The notes: generated by a model not told the origin, from the letters alone. 64,000 nucleotides of DNA from Octopus vulgaris (GCA_951406725.2 OX597814.1:146940001-147004000), one strand, 5' to 3'; shown: positions 1 through 15,530, counted from the stretch's first letter. Numbers and translations are program-made.

Positions 1-178
1 GAAAGAATTGTGAAAAATTTTTCCTTGGTTAATCTTACATCGTCCTTTCTTAAGTTCCGCTTGAAAGCGGAAAAATGTGAGTGGAGATGGAGGTGCTACT
101 TCCTGGTGAATTTGTGAAAAGATGAGTGACTGTGGCAAAAATGTTTCAGTGTGAATGGCTCTAATTTAATTATGCATG
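1..178 (+). mobile_element. Degenerate 3' end of an L1/Tx1-like LINE ORF2
   Basis: Broken frame VEMEVLLPGEFVKR*VTVAKM resembles the C-terminal region of the LINE at ~48500-48620. Confidence 0.35.
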
Positions 179-189
179 CACCAGTAGAT

Positions 190-358
190 CGGACAACATC
201 TGTTGCTATGTTTACGTCCTTTTACTTAGCGGTTCGACAAATGAAAACCACTAGAATGATACCAGGTTGAAGAAATAAGTATTGGGGTTGATTCGTTTGA
301 CTAAATATTCTTAAAGGTGGTGCCCCAAGAGTCTAGTGAGTGAAATTATTGAAAGATA
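190..358 (+). mobile_element. SINE family A, 3' half
   Basis: tttacgtcc..acttagcggttcgacaa..ggggttgattcgtttgactaaa..ggtggtgcccca matches the other family A copies in the window. Confidence 0.7.
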
Positions 359-628
359 AATTATATGTTTGTGTATGTGAGTGTGTGTATGTGTGTATTA
401 TTTATATATCAAGAAAAAGATCAAAGTCCTTTCCGAGCGATAGGCTTATAAGACTGATTTGGAAATCACAATATTACAATCATGAGCCCAACACCAAGGT
501 CAAGCTTTTATATACACACAGACATACGGGCAAACGCACGCACACAAACACGCACACACACATAACACAACACACACACTCACAAATAGACACAAATACT
601 CACACACATATATGTATATGTATATATA

Positions 629-712
<84 letters not shown>

Positions 713-1503
713 CATACATGTATGTATGTACGCATGTAGATAAAAGTGTGAGTGTGTGTGTATGTATATATATATGTGTGTGTATGGAGAGAGAGATAGA
801 GGGAATTATGTATACATGTATAGCTAAAGGTTGAGTGAGTGACTGAGAGAATGGTAGGCAGATCGGTTTGGTCGATAGTTTTCCTGCATAAGCTGTTAGA
901 TTATATCCGAAACTCAATAAGTGTAATTATGAGTTTGTAAATCTAATCTCTAAAGCTATGGGACTTGTCCACAAATTTAAAGAGATATATCATTTCAATT
1001 TAAAGTATTTTTAAAGAATAAATATTTCCCTTCCTAAAGTTGCATTTAGACACTTTGTACGTGAAAAACTTCTACTTGAAATTGAGAGCTTCTCTAGCTA
1101 TTTATTTATTTATTCTTAATTTGTCTGCTTTATACCCATGAATCTTAGGACTGCCAATTTACGAAACATTGTTTACTTGTACAATGTGTTCGCAGTTCAT
1201 ATTTGTGTTTACACAAACCATGTCAAGTTAAATTATTGATCACAGAGCCCTTTGCTCAAAGAAATTTCTTACCATGAATTTCATATTAGTTTATGGATAC
1301 GTAAACCAGACCAATCTTGTTTTGGTCTGGTTTTTGTTTTTTTATTTCATTACTGTAAAACATTGGCTTTCTTTTACGATAAACGGCTTCTTGAAGATAT
1401 ACCAATATTACTTAGCTTCAAGTGTATCGTCGTAAGTGCTACATAGTTTCAAATCACTACGGCAACATGAGCTTTTGTATTTAGATATACATATATAAAT
1501 ATA

Positions 1504-1878
1504 CTAGCAGCATCGCCCGGCGTTGCCCGGGTTTGTTTCGACACTGTAGAATTGGAATTTCTGAAAAGTAAAAATGTTGCATTATGTAGCTTGTTATTCT
1601 CTTTAAGTGAAATACACCGAAAAATGGCGACATAGCAGTCAAAAAATCGTAAAAAATAGGGATTTTCATAGAAAAGAAAAACATTTTTTTAATGGATATA
1701 ATTTTTGGTGTTAAGATGGTCCAATTTGAATTTTTTTTCTGCAGAAAGAAGAGCAAGCTTTCTTCTATCATACTCTCAATATTAGTTAAATTGCGCCGCA
1801 GGGTCTCGGAGGAGATAGTGTTAGTTGAAGGCTACTAAACCTGCCATACACAGACAACTTCAGCTTTATATATATATA
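1504..1878 (-). mobile_element. Non-autonomous Helitron-like element (Lep1-type)
   Basis: Minus strand ends cccgggcaacgccggg (GC hairpin) + 8 nt + CTAG|T; 5' end reads tatataaagctgaagttgtctgtgt. Confidence 0.75.
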
Positions 1879-2745
1879 CATATACACACACACGCACACG
1901 CACACCCGCCCGAAGGGTTATACGTACTTAAATGAAGGTGTTCACGTATATTTAGAACAAGCGTATATTTGTATACAAACGAATACTTGCCTTTATTGGC
2001 AAGTACCGGTAAGCAAAACTAAATCGTACATTTTACACGCAGCAGTTAATTACTCATACGCATCACACTGCTATTTTAGGCAGGAGATTACGACGCTGCC
2101 AAGCAAAAACAAACTTCTTATGAAAAGGCGACGTTAGGACGGCAGAATAACTCTTACTTCGAAAAGCTTTTCCTAATTAGTGTCTTTCGCTTATTATCAA
2201 AATGAAACGACAACGTTCTTAAAATTCTTTGGTCATAGAAGCAATGAATTATGGTTAATTTTTCGTGTCGCTCAATAGACAAAACTACTACACAATATGG
2301 CGTCAGTGAAAAACAAAATATATTTAGCAGTGCAGAAAAAAAAATAGCATTACATGAGATGGGGAATCATACACAATAGTGAATGTTTATATTGCTGTTC
2401 TTATGTTTTAAATAGGACAAGGAACATTATATATTTGTTTTATACATTTTATATTTCTTTTGCAATGCTTGTTATTTTCTGAAGAAAATCACGTGGCAGA
2501 GAAGATTCAAATTACAACAGAGATACAAGACATTATGAATATACGATCACATATGCATAAACATTCAAGGAAAAACAATGAATTATCACTTACGCATACA
2601 CATCTATAACTACAAATAACTTCCAAAAGAATGCACATGTTAAAAATAAAACAATGGAATGTGGTGCATTATATTTTCTTTCCAATCAGAGATTTTAAAA
2701 TCCTAAAAGCTGAAAACTTGTTTTCTTATAATCATAAAGTGTATA

Positions 2746-2798
<53 letters not shown>

Positions 2799-3322
2799 GC
2801 GTATATACGATTATGGGTATGTTCATAATGCATACGTTTGGACACACACGCATACACACGCACACGCAAGCACACGTATATAAAATATACATTTATATAT
2901 GCATGTAGATAGATAGACAGAGATAGATAGCCGCACAGGCGTGCGTGTACTAACGAGAAAGTTCGAATATTTTATGAAGAGAAAGAGAATAAAATGTTAA
3001 GAAAAATGATGGTACATAAAAGTTAAAAGTATAGCGTTTTTAAGAAATACATCTAACAGTGAAATAATATCAAGTCACATTCTGTGCTCGGAGAACAGTA
3101 CAAGTAAATATGCAATTTCGTAATACACTGCAGATTTGCTTATTCTCATGAATGCACGTAGAGTCAATAATTGTACACACACACGAACACACTCACACAC
3201 ACACACACACATGAACACGCGAACGCATCGCACATGTACGCATACCCACGGGCAAATACACACGCGTACGACTGAACGTAGGTATGTATATGCAAACAAA
3301 AATATATATACGTATATATTTA

Positions 3323-3334
3323 ATCTATCTAACC

Positions 3335-3380
<46 letters not shown>

Positions 3381-3416
3381 ATCTATATCCATCTATTTAT
3401 CTATCTATCTATCAAC

Positions 3417-3480
<64 letters not shown>

Positions 3481-3495
3481 ATATATATATATATA
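3323..3495. repeat. (CTAT)n microsatellite grading into (AT)n
   Basis: Seen directly. Confidence 0.95.
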
Positions 3496-4158
<663 letters not shown>

Positions 4159-4276
4159 ATAAATATAAATATATTTATATGTATGCACGTGTATGCTTAT
4201 GTGCCAATACATATATATATGTATGCATGTGTGTGTGTGTGTGTGAAAATGAGCTCATCGATGAACGTCATGGTTT

Positions 4277-4304
4277 ACTACCACTACTGCTACTACTACT
4301 ACTG

Positions 4305-4358
<54 letters not shown>
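4277..4358. repeat. (TAC)n microsatellite
   Basis: Seen directly. Confidence 0.95.
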
Positions 4359-4359
<1 letters not shown>

Positions 4360-5224
4360 CAAACCTTAATTCAAACTAATAACGGAGGAAAGCATCTTCT
4401 CTTCGAACAATGCGATATTTATACATCCAGAAAAGATCGTACGAATAATGCATAAATCACTGCGTATAAATATGCATGAATATGCAATTTATGCGATCTA
4501 AACACATGTCAAATAATTATTATGAATAAACCAACTGCAAATAAACATAAAGTTTGAATGTTCAAATTCTTAATTCCCCTTATTATATTGTTATTTACCT
4601 TCTAAATAGCCAGGTAAAATGGGAGACACTATTGACAACCCAATGATTTATTTATATCATAATATAACATAATATACTGTACTATGAATATAATATAATA
4701 TAATACAATATAATACAAAAATAATTAAAAGACCAAAATAGCCAACTACTTGTTTCGACTTATATACTACATTTGATTTATAAGCAATGCATATCCATTT
4801 ATAAAAATCTCTCCAGAGCTTTGGTTTATAGACAGACGAAATTCCGCGTGAAAGGACGGCTAGATTGCAAAAAAATTAATTCGCGTGAGCGTTAAATTTT
4901 CAACTACCTAACAATTACAATTAAAAAACAACAAAATTATAACGGAAAAATCATTAAGTAAATAGAATCTACAACTATCGAAATATATTTCTATATATCT
5001 CATGTAATATTAATACAAATTCGTTTAGGTCGAAGACAATCTTTGGATATTATAAAAACATACAACAACAATATATAGGTATATAAATTAAATATCAGGG
5101 TCTTACTTAATCTAGAGACTGCAATAAATCGAGTAAATAAATATAAATGAAAATATACTATTATATTGGATAATAACTCCTCTTTTATTTAAAGTTATTG
5201 ATATAAAAAAATTCTTAAAAGTAA

Positions 5225-5362
5225 CTAACAAAAATGTTCTTTATTTATTTAGTTTATCGGAGCGAGAATTCCGTAAGAAATACGAGGAGAAACCTAACAA
5301 AAATGTTCTTTATTTATTTGATTTATCGGAGGGAGAATTTCGTAATAAATATGAAGATAAAC
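5225..5362. repeat. Two-copy 69-bp tandem repeat
   Basis: ctaacaaaaatgttctttatttattt..tttatcggag.gagaatt starts at 5225 and 5294. Confidence 0.85.
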
Positions 5363-6543
5363 TTAGATACAATAGCTACAACCTATATTAACCCATATAT
5401 ATATAGAGACTTAAGCTATAATAATGGATATCAAAATATTTCTAGTTTTTCAGAAGTAACCAGATTTGAAATTACTTAATGATTCACAGTAACTAAACAG
5501 TAAAATGTCTGTATATACATCTTATAGAAGGGAGAGCTCAGCAAATAAAATAAATAATGATAAACAAAAATAAGGATTGAGCACCGATCCTCGGGAAATT
5601 TAATTAATATTATTTTTTAGATAAAGGACTATAAATAATATATAACCAAATTTTGTTAATTTTTCCAGAATTAACAAAATTATATTGTAATAAGAAAACT
5701 GGTTATAAAATATACAATACTGTAATAATTATTGTGGTTATTAAATTTGATTAGTAAGTCAAATAAAGCTTTTCATTTATCATTATCATTATAATAATTA
5801 TTATTATCATTCTTATCAATTAATTAATAAATTAAATTAATGTATTTATGCATATAATTATTTAGTATAATGAATATATCTTATTTGAAGTATGCAATTA
5901 ATGTTAAATTACTAATATAATTACGTATTTTACAGTAACTGCAAGAATTTGCGCTAGAAAGATTCAAAATATTCTGAATCATGGTTAACCCATGATAGTG
6001 GGTTAACCAAAAACGGGGAGAGGAATATAAATACCAAAAAAATAATGGATTAATTCGGTTAAGTTTTACTTGTGACCTACCGTTGTTTTGAATTTGCTAC
6101 TGACAGGGGTCTATGTTTGTGGTGCTGGGCTGGTGCTTGGAATGTGACCCGGGTGCCGAGGAGGTGCAGCCCGAAAATGTTTGAGAAATAGTGGCTTACA
6201 TTCCCGTTGTCGTCGTCGGCTTTACCTCGTATTTCTTGTTTCTTTGCTGAAAGCTTCCTTTATGGTGATGATATTGATGATTCTGTAGACCAATACTTGC
6301 ATACAAGAGACGATGGCATTGCCTGTATGGTAATGTTTATTGGCGGACGAGGTTGATTTTGTCGAGCCTTTTTCTCTTGTCGTTTGATCCATTCTGGCGG
6401 CTTTGATTTTTGGTTCCGATGATGATGGAACACCGCCACTTGGTCCGGTCTCGGTCTCGATTTATGATCAAGTCCAATATTTTCAGTGTTTTGAGCTGGC
6501 TCGACTAATTTGGAAACCAATGCTTGTAGTAATGTGCTTACAC

Positions 6544-6582
<39 letters not shown>

Positions 6583-7225
6583 AACACACACATACATACA
6601 CACAGTCACACGTACACTAACACACGCTCTCAAAACATTTAATTATCAAGACTTATAATACTCTCTCAAAGGAATAGTCGATATATATCGTTGGCTATTG
6701 CTCTGTGGTTGACTAATGAATCAACGAAGGGAGCCAACTAGTGTGGTATTTTGCATGGCTTAAGCGAGTAACTAACTGTTTTAGAAGGATAGACAACGGA
6801 GGATTCACAAAAGTATAATGATGTTTGCGATGTAAGTTGCTCTGGAAATTATCTATATTCTTTTTATTGCATTGTGTGTACGAAATTAATGAAGATATAA
6901 ATTGTAAATTCATAGACTCAATTCATGAACAAATAACTTAGTTTAATTAACAACAAAACAAATGCCTTGATTCCTGTGTTCCCACGTACACACACATACA
7001 TACACATATTTATATGCGCAAATACACTAACGCTGAAAACAAAATCATACGAAATTTAATGCTTTTAGCACCGCTGCCACACTTCGTTGGAAATTTTGTT
7101 CAATGAAGGTTAAATATATGAATATATATCTGAACATGCATATGAACATCATATCGGATTTCTAAAGCATGATGCCTATATTACATTACTCCTACTGGCA
7201 TATAATATATGATACATATATGTAG

Positions 7226-7305
<80 letters not shown>

Positions 7306-7346
7306 TATATATATACATGCATAAATATATATATATGCATACTTAC

Positions 7347-7393
<47 letters not shown>

Positions 7394-7400
7394 TACATGT

Positions 7401-7466
<66 letters not shown>

Positions 7467-7880
7467 TTCTATGCGTAGATGACAATATGATAGTTTATGT
7501 CTGAAAAGTAAACTTATTTCAGAAAACTGAACGTAGTAAAATATAACTTAATAGGCGCCACATTTTCACAAATATTTACATATTTACCCCGACTATCTGT
7601 TTGCGAATCGACAGACGTTTATGAAACGTACAACATAAAATGCAGTATATACTAGACATAGCTTAAAAAATATTTTTTGCTATCATAGTGGAGACTGTTT
7701 GACATAGAATACCTAAGAGACATTATTAGATATTGATGTAACATGTGTTTAAATAATACGTGGTGCTTAATGATTCGCGAGGTAATGATAAATATAATTT
7801 ATTCTAGTTTTATCGCAGGCATCAGAACACACGCGTACATTAGGATGAAAACATGAAATATCGACAACTGTGTGGATATA

Positions 7881-7963
<83 letters not shown>

Positions 7964-8015
7964 CATGTGTGTATGTATGTATGCATGTGTGTGTATATAT
8001 GTATGCATATATGCA

Positions 8016-8102
<87 letters not shown>

Positions 8103-8924
8103 ATGTATGTTTATTTTATATATTTGTGTGGCGGAGTGTATACAGACATATAAAATTAAGCAGGGATACTGTGAATTCCTCTTGTGTTATAGAAAGGAAT
8201 ATCGAGACAGAAATCACTTAGTGATTTATTGTCTGTAAAATGGATACAAAAACCCACTATCATTTTTTTTTGTTCGTACACTTTATTAGAATATATGTTT
8301 GTTTTTGCAAAATGAGAAACACAAATGTTTTTAGTATTACCTAACAATGAATATTCCAAACTATTTTTATTGATCACAAGTAGAGGTTTGAACTCATATT
8401 TTATAGTGTCTTGCAATATATTTTTCCGTAAATTAGATTTTATTCGTTTCTCAGTTGAAAGTGATATCTAGTAAGCAAGCTAAGTATGCCAAATTCCAAT
8501 GCCAGTTATAATTCCTAAATATACTGCTCAATAATGCATGTTCCCAGTTTATCTGCTCAATAATCTATCACTTTATGTGAATCTGCTAGAGCTTCGACAC
8601 CATCTCCTTAGAAATGTAAATAGAAATGTGTATGTGAAAATCCATGGATTTGCCATTTGGATAAAGTTTATACAGATAATGTTTATATTACCGACAGAAA
8701 AATTATTCCGTAATGGGAGGTCATTTTCACTTGTTCTACATATTATGGGGGAAAATGTGCATGGGAAACTAGTTTTTTCGAGGTACTGATTAATTTCAGT
8801 TTGGAATCTATCTGAACATTAACAGTCCTCATTAAGCGAAATACATGGAACGCATAAAACTCATCATTGTAATCTATTTCATACGTGTATACACACACAC
8901 ACAAATATTTTATTGTAAAGCAGC

Positions 8925-9105
8925 TCAAAAGTGATCTCCACCATTAGCCGCATCAGGAGGACGGTAAGTACTGCCTATGATCACATGCACTATTAGTGTA
9001 TCGCACATTTTGTTGTAGTCGGAGAGGGGGACATTTGTTGGTAGGTCTTCACGCATGTAGAGTGCTACTCCTCCTTGTTTGTGTATTCTGCGATCGAATG
9101 TGCCG
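8925..9105 (-). mobile_element. CR1-like LINE apurinic endonuclease fragment
   Basis: Minus translation DRRIHKQGGVALYMREDL..CDTLIVHV..YRPPD; homologous to 46420-46580. Confidence 0.75.
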
Positions 9106-9109
9106 CACG

Positions 9110-9184
<75 letters not shown>

Positions 9185-9185
<1 letters not shown>

Positions 9186-9960
9186 TTGTTAAAAGGACAA
9201 CCAACATTAAGGCAAGCCAAACATCTCAAGTTGTGTACAATATTATTATTGGAAAATATTTGAAGTTTTACAGCTTTTTTTGGGGGTGGGGGGGTATCCC
9301 CGAGTATGGGATATTCTTTCTCTGTGACAAATAGGGGAAAGGAGAATGGTACATATTAATGAGATGACTACACTGAGGAAGTGATTAAAGAAATAAGGAG
9401 ATGGGTAGAGAGGAGAGAAACAAAAAAGGCTTAAACAATTTATAATTTAGCATCATCATGTTGCAGAAACAAGTGCTTGATTCCTTAGGTCGTATCCTGA
9501 GTATATCCATGGGTATAATACCTTGGAGGTAATCCTGTGTAGGTCCACGTAGGTTAAGGTCTCGATATGGCACGATCCTTAGAGAAAAACGGGTACGAAT
9601 ATCTCAAAGTTAAATGGGAACTTAGTAGATTTAGGATACTCAAGATAAGCCCCTAAGGACTCAAGCTTTGGTTTCTGCAACATCAAAGCTAAATTATAAG
9701 ATTTTATGTATTTTGCCATTAATCTCCTCGCTCCCGATCTCCCTAGTCCTTTAATCACATGCTCTGTGTAGTCATCTCATTAATATACACCATTCTCTTT
9801 TTCCCTATTTTCCATATTTGATCCTGATGATGGAATATCACATAGTCGGGGATATCTCAGAAACAGCTGAAAGGCTTTAAATGTTTACCAATAAAAATAT
9901 TCTATACAACTTGAGATGCGTGCCTTGCTTTAACGTTGATTGTCCTTTTCAGCAATTATA
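9185..9960. mobile_element. Fold-back element with ~235-bp diverged inverted arms (Penelope-like pLTR pair)
   Basis: 9185-9420 is the reverse complement of 9720-9958 (e.g. attaatgagatgactacac / gtgtagtcatctcattaat); starts right after a (TA)n tract. Confidence 0.7.
9816..9882 (+). ncRNA. Degenerate minimal hammerhead ribozyme motif
   Basis: CTGATGA-tggaatatc..gatatctca-GAAAcagctg; cleavage triplet reads GAA here but GTA in the opposite arm. Confidence 0.5.
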
Positions 9961-10095
9961 TATTCGCTGAATCAGAAACTTGCTTGGGCCCCATAACTAC
10001 CGACTCGGTTATAAAGTTTGAGTCCTACTAATCCGTTACAGCGCTCACCTAGCGTACCTGATCGTTTAGATGCCCTGTGAACAAAATTCCCATAC

Positions 10096-10145
<50 letters not shown>

Positions 10146-10216
10146 GTGTGTGTGTGTGTGTATGTATATATGTATACATATGTATTTATGTAGGTATGCA
10201 TGTATATATATATATA

Positions 10217-10399
10217 TTCTTTATTTGTTTCAGTCGTTGACTGCGGCCAAGCTAGAGCATCACCTTTAGTCGAAAAAATTGACTCCTGCAATCAATTATT
10301 CTTTCTAAGCCTAGTATTTATTCTATCGCTAAATTTTGCCAAAAAGCACACCAACGTCGGTTGTCAAGTGATGGTGGGGAGAAAAATACAGGCACACAA

Positions 10400-10462
<63 letters not shown>

Positions 10463-10678
10463 CATATATGTATATATATATATACATATGGTTGTGTGTG
10501 TGTGTGTGTGTGTGAGACGGGCTTCTTTCAGTTTCTGTCTACCAAATCCACTCACAAGGCTTTGATCGGCCTGAGGCTAAATTTGAAGGGACTTGCCCAA
10601 GGTGCTACGCAGTTCGACTGAACACAGAACCATGTGGTTGGTAAGCAAGCTACTTACCACACAGCCATTCCTGCACCT
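10217..10678 (-). mobile_element. SINE family A, near full length
   Basis: Head, internal (CA)/(TA) microsatellite and 3' tail all present. Confidence 0.9.
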
Positions 10679-10725
10679 ATCTATCTATCTATATATATAT
10701 ATGTATATATTTATACTTATACATA

Positions 10726-10768
<43 letters not shown>

Positions 10769-11133
10769 GTGCGTATATATATGCATATTTATACATGTAT
10801 GTACTTCAATATTATACATAGGGGTACTTATGAATACTCGCATTCATACATGTTTATCTGTGACTGTTTTCGAGAACGTGCTATACTTTACTTTCTTCAT
10901 ATCCCTAAAATTAGTGTTTCGGCACGGCATATAGGGTTCGATAAATTAATTATGAGAGTCAGTCTGTTCGACGAAATCATTGAAAGCGCTACTCCAATAC
11001 GGCTGTCATAATCCAACGACCGAAACCATTAGACGTATTCACAAAAATATACACGTATGCATATATGTATGCACACGCGCACACAGACACAGAGAAACAC
11101 AAACATACACATACATATATATTTGTATGAATG

Positions 11134-11189
<56 letters not shown>

Positions 11190-11243
11190 TCATTACGGAT
11201 ATATGTATATCTAGATTTATGTATATATATATATATATACATG

Positions 11244-11337
<94 letters not shown>

Positions 11338-11389
11338 GTATATATAGTCTTTCCTTGTTTGTTTTGCAAAATAGTGTTTGTCTCTAATA

Positions 11390-11445
<56 letters not shown>

Positions 11446-12162
11446 CATAGACACGCACATTCCCACATACGCACACACGCACACACACCCATATACATGC
11501 TTTTTAATACATAAGCACACATACATGTGTTACCCGTTTTGTTTTTCATATTAGTATACAGATGTACAGATTCAATATATATTCCACCCCGCCACGCCCC
11601 TCGTTTTCAATACACTATTTATATTGCCGCTTGTCATCAGTTGATGTATAATTATTTAATTTGGTACATGGCTACTGTGATTTTATTCAATCATTGCGGA
11701 ACGTGACTTACCTATCGCGTGTTTCGGTTAAGTGTATTACTCCCAGTAAATCGATGCAAAATGATGAGCATTTCGAATATCAGTCATTTATTCCACTTGT
11801 CTTACGTGTTATATTAAACTGTTTGGCACAAAATACGATGAAGAATGTTATTCTTAGTCTCAAGTTCTATCATACGGGGCCACTTTAAATACCATGGTGT
11901 ATTAATAGTCTCTGTAGTAGGAGCCAAATTGGAAAATCATTTTGGCAGTTAATTCTGATGAATCCAAATACAGTTGATACGATTCTACCGTGCCAGTTGA
12001 ATTTAAGATGGTAATTACATGACGTGCATCGTTCGAGCGTGACCATTTTAACGGAAAATCGAAGAAAATCTAAATGTACGTGTATGTGTTTTTGTGTGTG
12101 TGTGCGCTTACATGTCTCTTTATATGAATATGTATATGCATGCATACATACATGCATACATT

Positions 12163-12201
<39 letters not shown>

Positions 12202-12281
12202 CACGCACACACACACACACATATATATAGGCATGCAGTGATATATATGTATATATACATACATGCACATACACACATTCT

Positions 12282-12328
<47 letters not shown>

Positions 12329-12359
12329 ACATACATATAAATATATATATATATACATA

Positions 12360-12446
<87 letters not shown>

Positions 12447-12593
12447 TCGTTAAAATTGTCCTACATCTGAACTGACTAAGATATTTTGTGTTTGACTGAT
12501 TGTCATCTAAATGCTAAATTAGAAATATAGCTAAATAGCGCCAAATTTTAGGATCTATATGTTAGAGTCTCTCTCTCTCTCTCTTTCTCTCTC

Positions 12594-12651
<58 letters not shown>

Positions 12652-13079
12652 TACATATATATATGTATACATATATATATGTGTATGTGTGTGTACGTTT
12701 ATGTGTCTGTATGTGTGAGTGTGTAATAGAAATAGGAAATGATTGTATGCTTACTTCAAACCATAGCAATTTCTTTTTACTCCATTCATAAAATAAACAT
12801 TTCATAAATTTGAAATCACATTTTAGTCAAATTATTACACGTTAGGTATTGTCTACGGAGTATCAAAAGTCAATATTTTTAGATACATCACGACAGTATC
12901 TGCATTGCTTATCAAAAGACGAATATAAAATCATTCGTTTCGCCAATACCAGATAAAACGCACTATAAGATCTGTATAGGTATATGAAGACACATATTGC
13001 TCATTAGCATATATATATTTGGAGACTTATTTGAATTGAATCAAACAAAGATAATGTATTTAATTTTTCCTTGCTTAAT

Positions 13080-13935
13080 ACAAGGGGTTCGATCTAAATT
13101 TTACGATATTTCATGTCTCCTTTTTTTCCGGAACAGATTCATGGTCTGGTAAACAATAAATGGTATTGGATAACATAAAATTTAAAGTTGTAATTGATAA
13201 AAACCTAGTTGGCACGGAAGATAGGAAACCATCTGTATATTGGAAAGAATGTTATCTGTATCATCATGATTTGCACCAGGTGTCAAAATGCCAACATCAT
13301 GACTGTTGGTCAATACTTAGAGCAGAATGTAAATGCGATAATACGGGACATGACCAGCTGTAGCAGGGTCTATGAAACAGTGCCCAGCAGTGACTTGCAC
13401 AACAGGCGTTCTGACTTGATCGGCACTTTGATTACTCCCCACATGTTTGAACATGGCTTGAGACTCATTTGCGATGACTAAAGGAAGCTTCTGGAGAGGG
13501 TGGATGCTGGAAGGTTATATATGTGGCAGCAAGACTCGGCTCGTTGCCAAATCTGAAGAAAGAGCCAGAAATTGCTGTCGTACAATTTCTCAGGCTTCAC
13601 TAGCCCCAATTTCCGTTGTCTTAATTCCCCCTATTTTAATTCCATGGCTTACTATGTGTTGGCGCGCGGTTGTGAAAAACACCAACAGCTCTGGTAGCAA
13701 CATCGAGTACGAGCTGTTGACCAAGATCAAAGATACAGCGAGAAAAGCATGCACCTGGTTCTGAGAAGGTCTTGATACGGTGGTAGTAGCTTAGGGAAAC
13801 TACATTCAGTAAGCTATTATCTCCAGTATTAATCGGCTTGATATGTTTTGATTTTTAATTACTAATCTTATCTCTTACCAGATATTTTGTTTTCCATTCA
13901 TTTATGCAAACTGAGCATGAAATTGCAGTCTCCTA
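13080..13935 (+). mobile_element. Decayed maT/DD37D (Tc1-mariner) transposon
   Basis: YMWQQDSA and NSPYFNSMAYYV..KNTN motifs; similar to the element at 18800-19556; boundaries approximate. Confidence 0.65.
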
Positions 13936-14485
13936 TATGCACAAAACAATTCTTGACACACTTCCAAATAATACGGTAACACAGAAGTGTAAATGCACAA
14001 AATGAAATACTGCTTTTAATTAGGATATATTTCTGAGACTCAGTGGCAAGAACATTTGTAACACCCCAAAAAAGCAAAATTAGTTTGAAAGTATCTCTAA
14101 AAACTGTCTCCCTTTTGTTATTGTTCACTTTGACGTATAGATTTTCTCTCTAAGAAAGGATCGATAGTGTTTCGAGCCTATTTGTATATCAGTGAATATG
14201 TCGCACGGTGATTCTACACCTATGACTAAAATGTGATTCGAGAAAGATATAGCGGTTGTTTCTTATGTGACATTTGGTCACCAAATTAAGGCTTAGACAA
14301 ATTTTGCTTTTTCTCTGTCTTTTCAAATGATATGCAGAACATCATTTTCTGTACATTCACATCATATAATATCATATGTCTGTGTACGTACACACACACA
14401 TATACACACACATACACACATACACACAGACACGCACACACACAATATTATATTATATTACAATATATCATAACATTAAATTATA

Positions 14486-15530
14486 TTGGGTTGAGGCATA
14501 ATCTTTGGGCGTTTATTTAAAAAATTATTAGAAAGAAAAGAAAACTACTACAAATTAATCAATAATATACTCTCCGTTGTTGTTTACGACTTCCTCCCAT
14601 CATTCAATGTGTTTTTCGATGCCTCGGCGATAGAAATCTCTCGGCCTTGATTCAAAGAATTCGTCCAACCAAGCCCTCAAGTCCACATCATTATTGAACG
14701 ATACACTGCGCCAAGAGTTCGAAAACGGTCGAAAGATTTGAAAATCTGACGGTGCCAAGTTTGGAAAGTATAGAGGATAAGGCATCACTTTCCATTCGAG
14801 TTCTTGAATCGCAGGTTTTGAAGATGAAGGTCTTGTTTTTCTCATGGAGTCACTTGGTTGGCGAAGCTGAGCCATCCTTTTCGCTGCTTCCTATTGACAA
14901 AAAGGAACCAAGTTTCATCGCCAGTGACAATGTGGTAAAGAAAACGCTGTTTGTAATCATGTGTTGAGCGATGTCGAGCGAGCAAACTGGAGGCAGTTGT
15001 AGAGCGTTGATTTTTGTTGTTTTCGCTCAAAGTGTGTGACACCCAAGCACCGAGTTTTTGAACCTTGCCCTTTGAGTGATCGTTGTTAACCACATATTTT
15101 TCTCCTTTTTTTTTATCACAATCCATCTGCTCCGCCAATTCTTTGGTCATTTGACATGGATTTTCGTGAAGAAGTTGATTCAATCGCTTTTCCTCGAAGT
15201 CAATCGGTTGACTACTACGTGATCCATCGTTGAGGTCAAAGTTCCCATTTTTGAAACCTGAAAACCAACGACAGGCGGCACTTTGAGGTACTATTCCTTC
15301 TCCACACGCAGCACAAATCTCACGAGCAGCTCCGGTGACCTTAGCATCTCGAATAAATGGAAACAGCAAATGGTTGTCGACAATATTTTGTCGATAAGTT
15401 TTATCCGCTTGACATTTCATTTTAAAATCTGAAAATACTGAAAAATCAATAGAATAAAAAATCAAAACACTGTCTTGTAGAGCAAAGAATTCTCTTTTAA
15501 TTAACATGAAACATTTTGTCAATGCGTTTA
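14486..15530 (-). mobile_element. Mariner (DD34D) transposon, internally deleted; one TIR visible
   Basis: TA|ttgggttgaggcataatc TIR at 14486; contains transposase remnants. Confidence 0.9.
14555..15420 (-). pseudogene. Mariner transposase pseudogene
   Basis: HTH region, GAWVSHTL, IVTGDETW, YFPNLAPSDF, C-terminal NNGEYIID*; frameshift, in-frame stop, and the HDNA segment is missing. Confidence 0.9.

Noticed and set aside
2080-2205. Possible terminal exon AGDYDAAKQKQ..
   Set aside because: No recognisable homology and no supporting neighbouring exons
5225-5362. Possible CRISPR-like repeat
   Set aside because: Only two contiguous units, no spacers, no cas genes, eukaryotic context
10590-10678. 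tRNA-like sequence with A/B-box-like motifs (also in other SINE heads)
   Set aside because: SINE heads; no complete cloverleaf
11600-11645. CTGATGA on the minus strand
   Set aside because: No proper stem II/GAAA/NUH arrangement; chance match
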